Position numbers and translations under genes: made by a program
From: Nitrospirales bacterium
GTDB taxonomy: Bacteria > Nitrospirota > Nitrospiria > Nitrospirales > UBA8639
DNA: 64,000 bases
Direction of reading: 5' to 3'
Assembly (NCBI GenBank): GCA_965203295.1
Contig: CBDBCZ010000011.1
Coordinates: 1 to 64,000 of the forward strand
The notes under the pieces: model-generated
The model's input: only the letters and a program-made list of their open reading frames with translations
Database searches by the model: none
What the model was told of the DNA's origin: nothing
Shown here: piece by piece, positions 29,401 through 41,251 of the stretch
Layout: each line of letters starts with the position of its first letter
Numbering within the stretch: the first letter of the stretch is position 1

Positions 29401-32400
29401 TCACTACAGTCAATGATGTGTGTACATGTAACTTCATCTCCAAGTTCTAACTCACAATGCAAAGGAGTGAACCTGGCATGTTCATACCCTCTCGTAAAGG
29501 GTAGCTCGAATGATGCAGGAGGTACGTGTATGTGCAATCACGTGTGTAGTCAGATGTTGGCCAACATCTACTACAGTGGAACACCTCTGTATTAAGGACA
29601 CTTTGCGTGCTGTGTCCCAAATATGCTTTCTTAATGTAAATTTACCCTTGAAATGAGGATACCTTTCTACATTTATACAGGACAATCTACATGTACCAGG
29701 TCCCCAAGGTGTCCACAGTAGAGGGGTTCCACTGTATTGCAAGGAGGCTCAAACGTAATCCCGTCTGTGCTCTTAATTGAGAGCTTGCATTATATTTTAT
29801 ATTAGCATATACACTCCATAACAGACCCTTTACCACTATGATGTAACAGGAGGCACTAAATGGAGAAAATACACAAAACCATACGCTTTCATGCTTTTAT
29901 GCAAATTTTAACATGAAAGCACAGAAACATGCATATTTCTCCGTACATTTTCCATTTAGTGCCTACTTTTACCCCCTTACATTATAATGGTAAAGGGTCC
30001 ATAACACGTTTGAACCCCACCCTTAATGGAAGTTCAGAGATACGATACTATGAATTCACGCAGTGACAAGATTGAAATACCTAATTCAATTCCTACACAG
30101 TAGTGCCACATACACTAACATACCACTTTCTCTTCAATTAGACCGTCCTTGAAGACCCAGAGGATGGGTGTTTCGCCCCTCCAAATCACAAGAACATGCA
30201 TTCCATCTGGATTACACGATTCCCCCATGAAAAACTGTAATTCTGAGAAATTTGCCAAGATGGTATCCTTCACAACTGTTTGTGCTTTCGCCTTGAACTC
30301 CGCCACACGACCAGGGTTGCTCTCTGTTAGATGATCAGTTATCTTTTTAAAAAAGCCCTAATAAAAAAATATTAAAAAACTGATGAAATTACTGTACATA
30401 TTGTAATTACTAGACGTGCAGAAACCTCAAGGTGAGTATTTTTTTGAGGTGATCGACAAAACTTAGCGGATTAGTGGGTATTAATTTTAGTGATTTACAT
30501 ACTGTATAACGGGAAATTTCTACAGGTGCAAATTTTCGCAAAAATGCTGAAATGCCTCTAGTTTTTACTTTTGCAGTTTTTTATTTTCGCACAACTGACC
30601 ATGCCCCTTTATACTGTCAAGTGACAAGCTGCAGACTATTGTTCTTGCGTACGCATTCATCCATTTCAACTATGACATAGTTCAATTAACCCCCAACTCT
30701 TTGAAAAATAACAGACAGCTAGCCGCCTTGCTACTGTATAGTGACTCCCAGTAAGGCATACTCGCCGATCGTTGCCTGTTGTTCCGAGTCGGGTGTATAT
30801 TTGGCACATGCTCCTCTTGACTCTGAAGCCGGCGTCAACCCCCTCCTCACCCCCCCCCCCCCCCCAACTGATCATTAACATCCTTTATTGCCATGGGGCT
30901 AATGGAAAAAAGGGGCCTCAGGCATGTATGGCTGATACACACCTTTGCAGGGATATAACTTTTATACATCATGTTACCATAGCAACATGCTATGACAGCT
31001 AATTAAACCATAGCACCTAAACATGAAATACTTTATGCCTGTATTATCACAATTATTTTGGCGTGTGTGTATCAGGAATATTACATAGCTATTAATTACC
31101 ATAGTAACAGGATATCACGCACACACAGGAAACAGATTTAGCAAAGAGAGTCAGCCAAGGAAAACCTGGGAACATGTACATGTAGCATACTGTACGCATC
31201 AAGTGCCCACTACGTTTTTAGCACCCACCCCCCTCTTCAGCGTCTACTTCCTGACGTTTGTGCATGTACGGTACATGTAGTATCCGCCCACTCGAATGCG
31301 TCAAATGCACATGCATGATGTAAAGAGAGGATAAATTTATATGCAACTACGCATACAGCTTTCATTATCCAAGTATGGAAGTATATAGAAGCAAGCAAAT
31401 GACTACAAAAGGCAGATGAAAAGCTGAATGGCAAGCTGACTTAGAATTACCGTTGATGTTCCAATAAAAGCACACTAAGATCGAAATTTACAGTTTGGTT
31501 TTGCGCATGCACGTACTGTATTTTGGTTATAAATGATGCTACAGTAGAAAATATGATTCAGTGAAGATTCTTACACTCCAGGGTGGTGGGTAGACACTAT
31601 AGATTACATGCAGCTTGTGGACGAATATGCATTTAGTGCCCACTCCCTTCTTCAGCTGCATCTTAAGGTTCCCCGCTCATGGGCACTTGATACATGTATA
31701 TACTCGATGGTATATCAATGTCTATGCTGTAAACGTGATACACATAAATGTAGTTTTGAAAAAGAGAGAGTGCTTTAGGCTGTCTCGGGATACTCACACA
31801 AATCTACTGGAGGAGTTAACTACTAGTCTAGACTCTCACCGTAAGGATACAAACATTCTACATGTACATGTACTTGTAGACGGAGGTGAAGCCAAACATG
31901 GCTTCCTTAGTTTTCACTCGGCACTGACTTCAGTGAATGCATGCAAGATACGGACAACAAATAAACTCAGGGTGCAGTTTCCCAGCCTAATCTGGTACCC
32001 GCTCCCCTCCCCTCCCCTCCCCCTCCCCCTCCCCCTCCCAATAGAAACCCACAATACTGATACAGTACTGGAGGGTAGATTAGACCCACCTTCAAGTGTA
32101 TCTGGTATTCCTTCTTGTTTTTAAAGCCAGTTTCTACAAGCCGGTGGGTCAAGACAATATCAATTCCGCTGACTGTACCCGCCTCTGCTGCTCCGTCATC
32201 ATCCACACCCTCCGCACTGGCGTTGCCTCCAATAAATTTATCGTCTATTTCGTCTTTCTTCACTGTAACGTTCTATAGGACAGAGTGAAACCCTAGCTGT
32301 ATTAATGCATGTGGCAGCATTTTAGGGGTTTTAATTTTACCAGCTGGGCGCACAAACAGTTGATTCTAAGATTGCTTTATGTTTTTGCATCTGCTTGTTC

Positions 32401-35400
32401 GTGCGCCCACACTTGTCACGTGCGCAATATATATTATGTCATACATGTACAATACTATGCAACTGCAGTATATAGCAGCTTTTGGAGGTTTGTAGGCCAA
32501 GCTACAGCTAATGAAAGTATAGTTTTGTGTTGCCCACATGTAGGTGGTGAAAACTTGGTAGGCAGTAGTTTTCGTGGTGTATAGCTACTTACTGGAAGTA
32601 CACGACAAAACTGCCAAGTCAGCACTTTCGCTGTACTGCATTCGATTGCTTATCAGTTTCTGCAGGATGCCTATTGTAGCATCGTTACTAGTTAGCTTGG
32701 CCTGAGCTGAGTTGTGTGTATTCTACAGGAAAGGTTCCCGGCTGGTTTTTGAGACAGACTTGTTTTTCTCTCTCCCCCCCCCCCCCCCCCCCCCCTTCAT
32801 TCTCACTGACAATGAAGAATGTTACCAGCACATACATGTACACACAGTAATAGAGCCCAAAGCCCCGCTCCATTCAATTTTCTCCCAGCATCTTGCTTAC
32901 TGCTGAGCACATACAGTCTAGTATAATTAGTCAGGGAATCAGGAATGTATACAGTCACGACTAGCAAATGCAGTGGAACCCCTCGCCCCTGAAATAAGGG
33001 CACTTTTGTATTAAGGACACTTTGCTTATGTCGCAAATTTACCCCTGAAATAAGGACACCTCTCTATACAGGACACTTTACCAGGTTCCTAAGGTGTCCA
33101 CAATAGAGGGGTTCCACTGTACTCTCATTGGTCGGGCTGTAGTGCATTGTTATCAGTGGTCGTCAAAGAGCCAATTCAAAAGATACGTGATTTACTACAT
33201 GTACATTCCTTACCTTCCCTTCCACCTCATACAAGATGTCAGCCACTTCTTTCACCTTGAATGTATCAGAAAACAGTTCGTCTCCTACGGAATAGAGACA
33301 GCACATGTGTACAAGTATTACAGCCTCGTTCCCAATTTCCCACTATAGCCTTAACTTGTTTCCAGTCCTTCCGACCCCAGCTTTTATCTCGCAGCTGTGG
33401 AGAAAAAGCGAGGGGGAAGGCCTGGTACCACTTATCAGATGCTGTGCTGTAGGACATTAATACAGAGTACATGCCTATGCATGAATTAAAAACGACATCC
33501 TTTAATTAAGCACAGAACGACTGAAACTGTGCAACCGAGGGCTATTGACTGAGGCAGACAATCCTTCGGGCAGCGATAAGCCCAAACAGACCAAACTTTT
33601 GGTAGCTGAATGACGGGTAGGAGCGTCTCTCACTGCCATGCCGGCATTCTAGAGTGGTTCTTTCCGTCGCGGTCAGAACTAACCGACATAAGTGTGGTCT
33701 GTCTGGGCATATACGTCTACCCTATAACACGGCACATGATAATTGGTACCAGGCCTTCCCGCTCGCTTTTTCTCTACTGCTGTGAGATAAAAGCCGGGGC
33801 AGGAAGGACTTGGAACGAGAATATTTTGGTTACCCGAGAGTCATCACAAGGGCTAGAGTAGCTAAGGTTATGTGTGTACTATACATGTAGAGTGCGAGCG
33901 AGCACAGATGCAATTCTCGAAGAAGTAAAGGTTACCTAATCCTCACAGCTTATTTGTGCTAATGACCTACAACTGAAACGAGTATGGCTGTTCAGGACTT
34001 TAATTGGCCACTAAAAAGACAATAGCACAAAGTACATATATGAACATGTCTGAAGCAGCTTGCAGAGCAACAGATGGCGATGGAAGGTACTCGTACGCAG
34101 ACAGAACCATGACTATGCCGATTTATAGCCTCCTTATGCGCAATATCTTGCCCATGCTTTTGAACAGAGGCGATACACCAGGAGCGCATAATGACGTAAG
34201 AAAAAGGTAAGAGTAGGAGTGGGAAGCGCCCACGCGAAAGATTGAATTTCGGGAATTTACCCACGGTAGATCTGTTACTATTTTGGGCACGCACGTGCTA
34301 TAGACTGTTAGCTTGTGAATAGCTTGAACAGGTCACAGCCGTCTAGTAACGTGATACTATTCCCTACAACGTCCAGCAACCCCGAGAAAACCGCCTGCGA
34401 CTCTTCACTGTCAAGCGCTTGCTGGCCAGTGGCGTCAAGCCCAAGGCAACTCTCAGTGACGGTGACTGCTGCTGCTTTTGACTAAACAGCTCCCGGCTAA
34501 ACTTGTCTTCACTATGTACAGTATCTTCAGAATCAACTCTCAGAGCCAGGTAAGAGTAATCCGATGAGTAGGTGTCGTTTTGCTGGTCTGTAGGTCCGTA
34601 CCTCCGCCTGTAGCACAACGGTTGGCAGATAAATGATCACTAACGGCTACACAAACGTATTCACTCGATTTTCCGGTAAGATTCCCTGTTGTAACGTGTG
34701 TAAGAACTGTCTAGTCCAGCAAACAACGTTGTTTCTTTGATGGATTCGAGGCACGTGCGTGCCCAAAACAGTAACAGATCTACCGTGGGTAAATTTCCGA
34801 AATTCAATCTTTCGCGTGGGCGCTTCCCGCTCCTACTCTTACCTTTTTCTTACGTCATTATGCGCTCCCAGATACGCCAACAAGCTGACTGAGTGGTCCA
34901 TTCCGTGAAATAATGTGACAGAATTAACCGTTCAGTAAAATAATAATCAGCAAACGGCAAGGGCACTACATGTACATCACATGTCAGCATGGCATCCTCC
35001 CATGAATTTCAGTGCTACCCTAGGCAAGTGGTATACTGTAGGGTATGTAGGCCACTCGACTACCCAGAAAGCCGCTATTCAGCATGTGTGTTAAGACGTG
35101 ACCTCTGAGTTCAGTCCCGGGGTGGGAGGTCCAAAGGGTGGTCACTCCCATAGACTCTGACACTACAACTGCGGCCACTGTCAAACCGTCAAAGTGCACT
35201 CAGAAATACGGTCAACGCTGACAACAGCAGATCACAGTGCGAAAAGCCGCAGTCGGTAGGTTGCCATTCAAGAAATTTTCGGTTGAAGTGATCCATTTGG
35301 AACAATCGACAGGCTTTTGGGAAGTCCCTTGTACAATTATTGACAATCGAAATTGTAGAGCAGTCAAAGGTCAACGGCAGAAAAGCAGTGTGGTCAACGG

Positions 35401-35749
35401 TCTAACTGCTGAAAAGAGCTGGTCAAAGCTTTGGCCCGCAGTCGCAGTTGTGACAACAGTGTCTATGGGAGTGACCCCCCCTTGAGGTCACCACTATACT
35501 CTCGTCCCCAGGCCGGCATAACTAGTCTGTCTGAAGCTTGGGGGAGAGGGTGGGAGATTTGGGAATGCGACTAAAAGTGACTCCCAAGGACTGAATAGCA
35601 GCTTTCTGAGTAGAGGCGTGGCCTGTAATTATGTACCACAGTATATAGATATCAATCAAAGACACGTGGTTTTGCTATACTGACCATTTCCCAATCAACT
35701 TGTGAATTTTATCCGTTTTACCTGTAACAAGGTCTTTGTAGATAATCAT
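29401..35749 (-). CDS. TPT1: Translationally controlled tumour protein (TCTP), 5 coding exons, 172 aa
   Basis: Exons 35749-35722 (MIIYKDLVT), 33284-33214 (GDELFSDTF...EVEGK), 32272-32090 (IGGNASAE...SGIDIV), 30357-30124 (LQFFMGESCNPDGM...FKDGLIEEKV) and 29403-29401 (TGA only) total 519 nt. Confidence 0.95.
29572..29736. mobile_element. Tc1/mariner-type MITE (CAGTGG ends, TA TSD)
   Basis: tacagtggaacacctc...gaggggttccactgta. Confidence 0.85.
29824..29999. repeat. Imperfect hairpin / foldback MITE in TPT1 intron 4
   Basis: gaccctttacca...aggcactaaatgga...gctttcatg mirrored by catgaaagc...tccatttagtgcct...tggtaaagggtc. Confidence 0.8.
32971..33121. mobile_element. Tc1/mariner-type MITE (CAGTGG ends)
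   Basis: cagtggaacccctc...gaggggttccactgta. Confidence 0.82.
34181..34868. mobile_element. Non-autonomous element with ~118-bp near-perfect TIRs in TPT1 intron 1
   Basis: 34181-34298 is the reverse complement of 34751-34868 with only a few mismatches. Confidence 0.88.
35136..35481. mobile_element. MITE of the GGGGGTCACTCCCATAG family
   Basis: TIR gtcactcccatagac / gtctatgggagtgac; related copies at 51864-52221 and ~52255-52575. Confidence 0.8.
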
Positions 35750-35888
35750 CGCGGCTGTAGAACTGTGATTAAGTCGGATCCAAATTCTGTATACTATACT
35801 TCGTACTTGTCGTTTGGCCAACAGTCACATATAGTAGTGCGCATGCGTAAGCGGAAATTACTATGACCTTTGACCTTACAAATGACGG
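35750..35888. promoter_or_regulatory. Very compact bidirectional promoter between TPT1 and WDR53
   Basis: 139 bp between divergent ATGs; TGCGCATGCG (NRF1-like) at 35838-35847 and TGACCTtTGACCT (DR1) at 35864-35876. Confidence 0.7.
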
Positions 35889-36893
35889 ATGGCTGAACGA
35901 AATGAAGGCAAAGCTATTTCTCTCCTGGATACGAGGGTAGAGGACACTTTCTGTCTGTGTAGCACTAAAGATAACAACTTGCTAAGCGGCCACGACTCAC
36001 TTTTGAAATTATGGTCCCCCAAGGATGGAAGCTTGATTAACGAAATATCCACGCCGGTGCGTGGTGATGTCACATGCATAGTGCAGTCTGAGAAAACGCT
36101 TGCGGCGTCGGTAGACAATACCGTCCTCTTTTACGACTGGAGAGACCTAGAGAACCCGCTTCATCAGTTTTCATTCAACAGAGAAGAAATTAATGAGATT
36201 TGCATCCACCAGAATGGAAACTTTCTCTGCGCAGGGGATGATTCTGGGGACATCAAAGTAATCGACATTGAGAATGCAAAGGTATTCAAGACTCTGTCAC
36301 GATGCCACACAAACATCTGCTCAACTGTTAAATTCAACCCTCGAAAACCCTGGGAGCTAGTGTCTGGAGGATTGGACTGCAAAGTCGTGAGATGGGATTT
36401 CAGTCGGGGGCGCCCTATTTCAGAAGTAACCGTACAGGCCGGGGGCAGTCAGGCTGGAGGCTACATGGTTAATCCACCCATGGTGCATTGTATTGACGTA
36501 CTCAGGAACTATTCCATCGTGTGCGGTCTTGGGAATGGTAGTGTAGCCGTGTACGGTCTACATGGCAAAGGGCTGCAGGAGAAGAGTTGCACTTCATTGC
36601 ACTCTGCGGGCGTTGCACATGTGTGCTGCGCTGAATTGACTGATGACAAAACTCTTGTGATGTCCGGTGGCAACGATGGGAAAATATTCATTTCCGAGCT
36701 ACAGCGTGAACACTTGGCCAGTGCTATGGAGAAATGCAAACTAAAATCTGTCTCACGGATCAATCATCGGTCGAAAGTAAACTGGCTTGCATTCCAAGGG
36801 AATGCGTCTGGCATCAGTGAGTCTGTGTCACATTGTGGTAGGCTGTTCGTAGCTGATCAGACGCAGTTCATATCTGTATATGATGTTTTGTAA
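35889..36893 (+). CDS. WDR53: WD repeat-containing protein 53, intronless, 334 aa
   Basis: NREEINEI...AGDDSGDIKVID...HTNICSTVKFNPRKPWELVSGGLD...NPPMVH...SGGNDGKI...HRSKVNW follow the WDR53 motif order. Confidence 0.88.
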   Translation: MAERNEGKAISLLDTRVEDTFCLCSTKDNNLLSGHDSLLKLWSPKDGSLINEISTPVRGDVTCIVQSEKTLAASVDNTVLFYDWRDLENPLHQFSFNREEINEICIHQNGNFLCAGDDSGDIKVIDIENAKVFKTLSRCHTNICSTVKFNPRKPWELVSGGLDCKVVRWDFSRGRPISEVTVQAGGSQAGGYMVNPPMVHCIDVLRNYSIVCGLGNGSVAVYGLHGKGLQEKSCTSLHSAGVAHVCCAELTDDKTLVMSGGNDGKIFISELQREHLASAMEKCKLKSVSRINHRSKVNWLAFQGNASGISESVSHCGRLFVADQTQFISVYDVL

Positions 36894-37337
36894 CCAGTGC
36901 AGTTTATAGAGACTGTAGAGAGATAGAGATTTTAAGTTGAGGATTCGTTGGAATGCCGTCAGCTTGCTGCTAATTGGCTGCTCTTCTTTAATAATTAATG
37001 AGGGATATGGGGAGTCCATACATGTATACCCCTGATTATGTAACAAAATAAAAAAATGAAAGAGCATGACTGAAGCTATAGGGATGGAATCGCAAAAAAG
37101 TCACCAAAAAAAGTTGGAATATCACGACAGAATTACTATCCCTACATCTTGCCAACCACATAACCACCACAAGCCCCTCCATCCACTCCCTTCAGCATAC
37201 CACAATTGTCGTGTTCATCAGTGCATTGATGATTTCATGCACAGCTACATGTAGTCACATCATAATCCCAGCAGCCTTATTCACAGGCAATCAAATATAG
37301 GACGTACGTAAGCACTTCATAACTGACACTATACATG

Positions 37338-37421
37338 TAGCCTCGTACCCAGGCCTTCCCTCACAGCTTCTTTGCAGCCATGGCAAAAGAAGCTGTGAGG
37401 GAAGGCCTGGGTACGAGGCTA
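37338..37421. mobile_element. TAG-ended hairpin MITE with 9-bp TSD
   Basis: Long perfect TIR tagcctcgtacccaggccttccctcacagcttct; ctatacatg on both flanks. Confidence 0.9.
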
Positions 37422-37785
37422 CTATACATGCACATGTACAACTACCGGGTATACCGTACACCGTTGCACTATATATCAACACAGCACTTTCTGCCTCACA
37501 GACAACTATACTGTTGCCAATAGCAACACTACAGCTTCTCACAACTACACGATCAACAAATAACACACTTGCAAATAATATATGAGCACATGCAGTTAAC
37601 ATAGACATGCACTACATGTAGAAGCTGCATTCCCCCACAAAAACAGACTACTCAAATATATAGTAGCATTGTAGTTGAGTATTTAGTACATTGTAGTACT
37701 AGTCCAACTAAATACTCAACTATTATATATTTGAGTTGTTTGTTCTGCAAAAAATAAGTAGTTCTTTTTTACTACTAAGAAGTTC

Positions 37786-38385
37786 CTGAGTCACAGATGT
37801 CTGAGTAAGTGGGCAGTTAGGCCTCAATAGTTACTCCCTTATGAAATTTAACATTTCAGTGAAGTATTTTATCTGTATGTGTATTAAGGTAACCATGCTC
37901 AATTGGCTGACAATGACAGTCCTAGAAGGGAGTAGCCCAAAGTTTATGCGTATATGACTTGTGTGACATTAGGATAATTGAAAGTACATTGAGTGTAAAA
38001 TGTACATTTAGGAGTTTTGACTTAAATTCTATAGAACATTTCATTAACTGTGAAGACATGCATTTATCTACACGGGACTCAACAAATGAAGGATTTACAT
38101 CTATAGGATGTACAATAAATGGAATTTAAGACAAAACTCCTACATGCATGTACATTATACACTCGATGTACTTTCAATTAGCCAGCCTAATGTAAATGTT
38201 ACTCACACATATAATAAACACATACACTTTGGGCTACTCCCTTCTAGGACAGTCAATTGAGCATGGCTACCTCAATACTTTTTTACGCAGATAACATACT
38301 TCACAGTTAATGAAATGTTAAATTTCATAAGGAAGTGATTATTGAGGCCTAACTCCTACATACATACTCAGACATCTGGAACTCA
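37786..38385. repeat. ~600-bp degenerate foldback (inverted repeat)
   Basis: Arms cagatgtctgagta, ttaggcctcaata, gtcctagaagggagtagcccaaagt and ttgaaagtacat are mirrored on the right side. Confidence 0.85.
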
Positions 38386-38539
38386 TATATTGATGCATGC
38401 ATGCTTGAGCTCTCCGATGCGAAAACAGTGTAGCAGCATTTTTTATCAGCTGTATATCATCGTCTGATAAGTAAAAAAAACTCCCAGAAGTGTGTAACAA
38501 CAACAGTACTCAGTAGTCAGCTAGCCACAGCTATTTTTG

Positions 38540-39826
38540 ATGATGTGGATGAAAGTAGCAGTGATTGTGCTAGCTATAGCCAGCATTCACCTGGGTTTTG
38601 CCCATGAGGATCCAGAATTGCCAGTTGTGGTAGTTTCACCGCACCAGCTGAGGCAGCATGTTAAGAAAGAAGTCACTTCAGTTGTGCAGCAGGCCACTGC
38701 TAACATCACTTACGCCATTGGAGAAGTGAGCAGGAAAGTAGATTGGGCCGTAGCAGACCATATTGAGCCGTTGAAAGATGAAATTGCAGAAGAGATAAAT
38801 TCAGCTCTGAAAGATGTTATCACAAATGTAACCGATGCTGTTGAACAGATCCTGAAACCAGTATTGAATGAAATAGCCCGGCTAAAGCTCCCAGGCAAGT
38901 CTCTTAGCTTCCCAGCAGTCTCATGTGAGCAGGTGAAAGCTAACGATCACTCTGCTCCAGCTGGCTACTACTGGATCCAGAACTCCGAAGTCCCCTTGAT
39001 GCAGGTGTACTGCAAAATGGATGAAATAAAAATAGGTGGAAACCCTGACTTCCCAGCTAGCTCGTGTAAGGAGATAATAGAAGTTAGTCCGAGCAGCCCC
39101 TCTGGGTTCTACTGGGTCAAAGATGGCAACGAAGGCCGCGTTCGTGTGTACTGTGACATGACCCGGACATGTGGTGGGATCACTGGGGGATGGGTGCAAG
39201 TGGCCAACATCGACATGACCAACAGCAGCCACACATGCCCCCAAGGACTGAATGCAACCACCCACTACCCTATACGAGTGTGTGGAATAAATATTAATGG
39301 GACCGGCTGTTCATCTGCTACATTTGATGTGCATGGCATTGAATACTCCCAAGTCTGTGGCAAGATCATCGGCTACCAGGATCGAAGACCAGATGGATTT
39401 AGTGCTCCTGGGAAAGTTATAGATAGTGTTTATGTGGATGGGGTGAGCCTCACTCATGGCCACAACCCACGGAAGCATATTTGGACATTTGCAGCTGCTC
39501 TTTCTGAAAGCCATAGCCACTGCCCGTGCCTGAACGAAGGAACAATCACCGTTCCTTCCTTTGTGGGGAATGACTACTTCTGTGATACTGGCACCCCTGT
39601 CCGTAGTAATCGCTTCCTTTTGGATGACCCACTGTGGGATGGGGAAGGTTGTGGACCCACCAGCACCTGCTGCTCATTCAACAACCCTCCCTGGTTCTCC
39701 AAGCAGCTTCCCTCACCCACTACCAATGACATTGAGATGAGACTGTGTGCTAGTGCTCATCATGCTGTTCATAACAGGGGGGATGAAGATGTTACTATTG
39801 AGACAGTTGAACTGTTTGTACAGTAA
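38540..39826 (+). CDS. Secreted Cys-rich protein with two tandem fibrinogen/COLFI-like N-terminal modules (sponge-type family), intronless
   Basis: Signal peptide MMWMKVAVIVLAIASIHLGFA; helical linker; two PAxSC...GY/FYW...VYCxM modules; C-terminal HIWTFAA, CPC, FVGNDYFCDTG, LWDGEGCG and NNPPWF motifs. First ATG at 38540. Confidence 0.85.
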   Translation: MMWMKVAVIVLAIASIHLGFAHEDPELPVVVVSPHQLRQHVKKEVTSVVQQATANITYAIGEVSRKVDWAVADHIEPLKDEIAEEINSALKDVITNVTDAVEQILKPVLNEIARLKLPGKSLSFPAVSCEQVKANDHSAPAGYYWIQNSEVPLMQVYCKMDEIKIGGNPDFPASSCKEIIEVSPSSPSGFYWVKDGNEGRVRVYCDMTRTCGGITGGWVQVANIDMTNSSHTCPQGLNATTHYPIRVCGININGTGCSSATFDVHGIEYSQVCGKIIGYQDRRPDGFSAPGKVIDSVYVDGVSLTHGHNPRKHIWTFAAALSESHSHCPCLNEGTITVPSFVGNDYFCDTGTPVRSNRFLLDDPLWDGEGCGPTSTCCSFNNPPWFSKQLPSPTTNDIEMRLCASAHHAVHNRGDEDVTIETVELFVQ

Positions 39827-40129
39827 AATCATAGATTTAGAGCTCGAGTTGCATTCTGTATTATGTTTTTCATTTGTCATGCCATGGATATTGTGCAAAG
39901 AATGCTGAACATTGATCATTTATGCCATAGCCCTTGTCTTGTCACCATAACTCCACCTAAATCATTATTGCCTTTTCCAATGTCTCATTGTTTCTCCCAT
40001 ACAGTGCACCTATTGTGTAAGTTACAGAAAAAGTGCAAAAACAAGTCATGTAGGATGCACTTTCACCAAAAAAAAAAACATTTTCCCAAAAAACGGCGAC
40101 AGTGCGCACTCCAATGCATGCACAGGCTA

Positions 40130-40950
40130 CCCACACATCACAGCTAGTGCAATGCATTTACTGTGTAGCTACCATCCCTACATCTTTCCAACCACACCCA
40201 CCACAATCTGTACCACGCCCCATACTCACTGAATGCACACCCAATAATTCCTTCAACGCACACAACCATCCACAATCATCACCATCAACCATGACACCTC
40301 GTCTCCATCCAACAACCGGTAACCACCCTTACATCCTTATCCACAATCATTACATATTTTCACAAAAACACATCCACCACCAAAACCTTCATAGGAACAC
40401 TAGCTACTCCCACACAATGCAATTCACTCCACAAATCCCACACTCACAAGCACTAACCAAGCAGAATAATTTTTCACAACACCACACTGCCACCAACACA
40501 CAAACTGACAAACACAACAAAATGAACCACCATACAACACACTCAACAAAGTTGACAACACACAATCTACATTTACCAAACACACCAACACAGACCTCCT
40601 CTACAAAGAACCTGTACACACAAGCATCTCACAACACACTCACTAAACTTCATAACGCTCAACCAGGCATAACCAAACACTACCAAAGTCCCTATACAAA
40701 CATCTATGACTCGACCCTCAATGACTCACTAGTCCATCATGTACACATTCAACACTTTCAGCTATATACCTTCCACAACCACCAACATACACAATACACA
40801 CACACACATTACACTAACACTATTCACATACACGCGATTGTGGTGGGTGTGGTTGGAGAGATGTATATATAGTGCAGGGATGGCAGCTATGTAGTAAATG
40901 CATTGCGCTACTACTTCTTCCCCACTTGTTTGTATGTGTGTGGGTTGGGT
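40130..40950. mobile_element. TIR element with extremely C/A-skewed interior
   Basis: tagtgcaatgcatttact...ccaaccacacccaccacaatc is inverted at gattgtggtgggtgtggttgg...agtaaatgcattgcgcta. Confidence 0.7.
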
Positions 40951-41251
40951 GGAGGGGGACACTATTTTCCCCTACTAATAGCAGGAAATAAATGTACAAA
41001 GATGTAAAGTCATATCACGCCTGCACTTCATCACAGGAAGGTAGGCTTGCAGTCTTGCACCGGCCATGCACACCAAACCTCATTTTTCTAGCTACATGCT
41101 ATTCCTGCTTATTAATGTAAAACTATGTATAGCCCCCCCCCCCCCCCCCGGTATAATATTTGCATCAGATATTATTAAAGTATACAGTCACAGGCACAAC
41201 GGCATCACAACACAACGGCATGTATTACAGATCGACTGATTAATAAGAACA

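Noticed and set aside
33990..34640. Alternative TPT1 first exons (MFIY..., GTG-IIY...)
   Set aside because: Wrong phase or no donor; the canonical MIIYKDLVT exon at 35749-35722 fits exactly.
40102..40872. 256-aa His/Thr/Asn-rich ORF
   Set aside because: Stays open because of C/A skew inside a TIR element; no domain and a non-ATG start.
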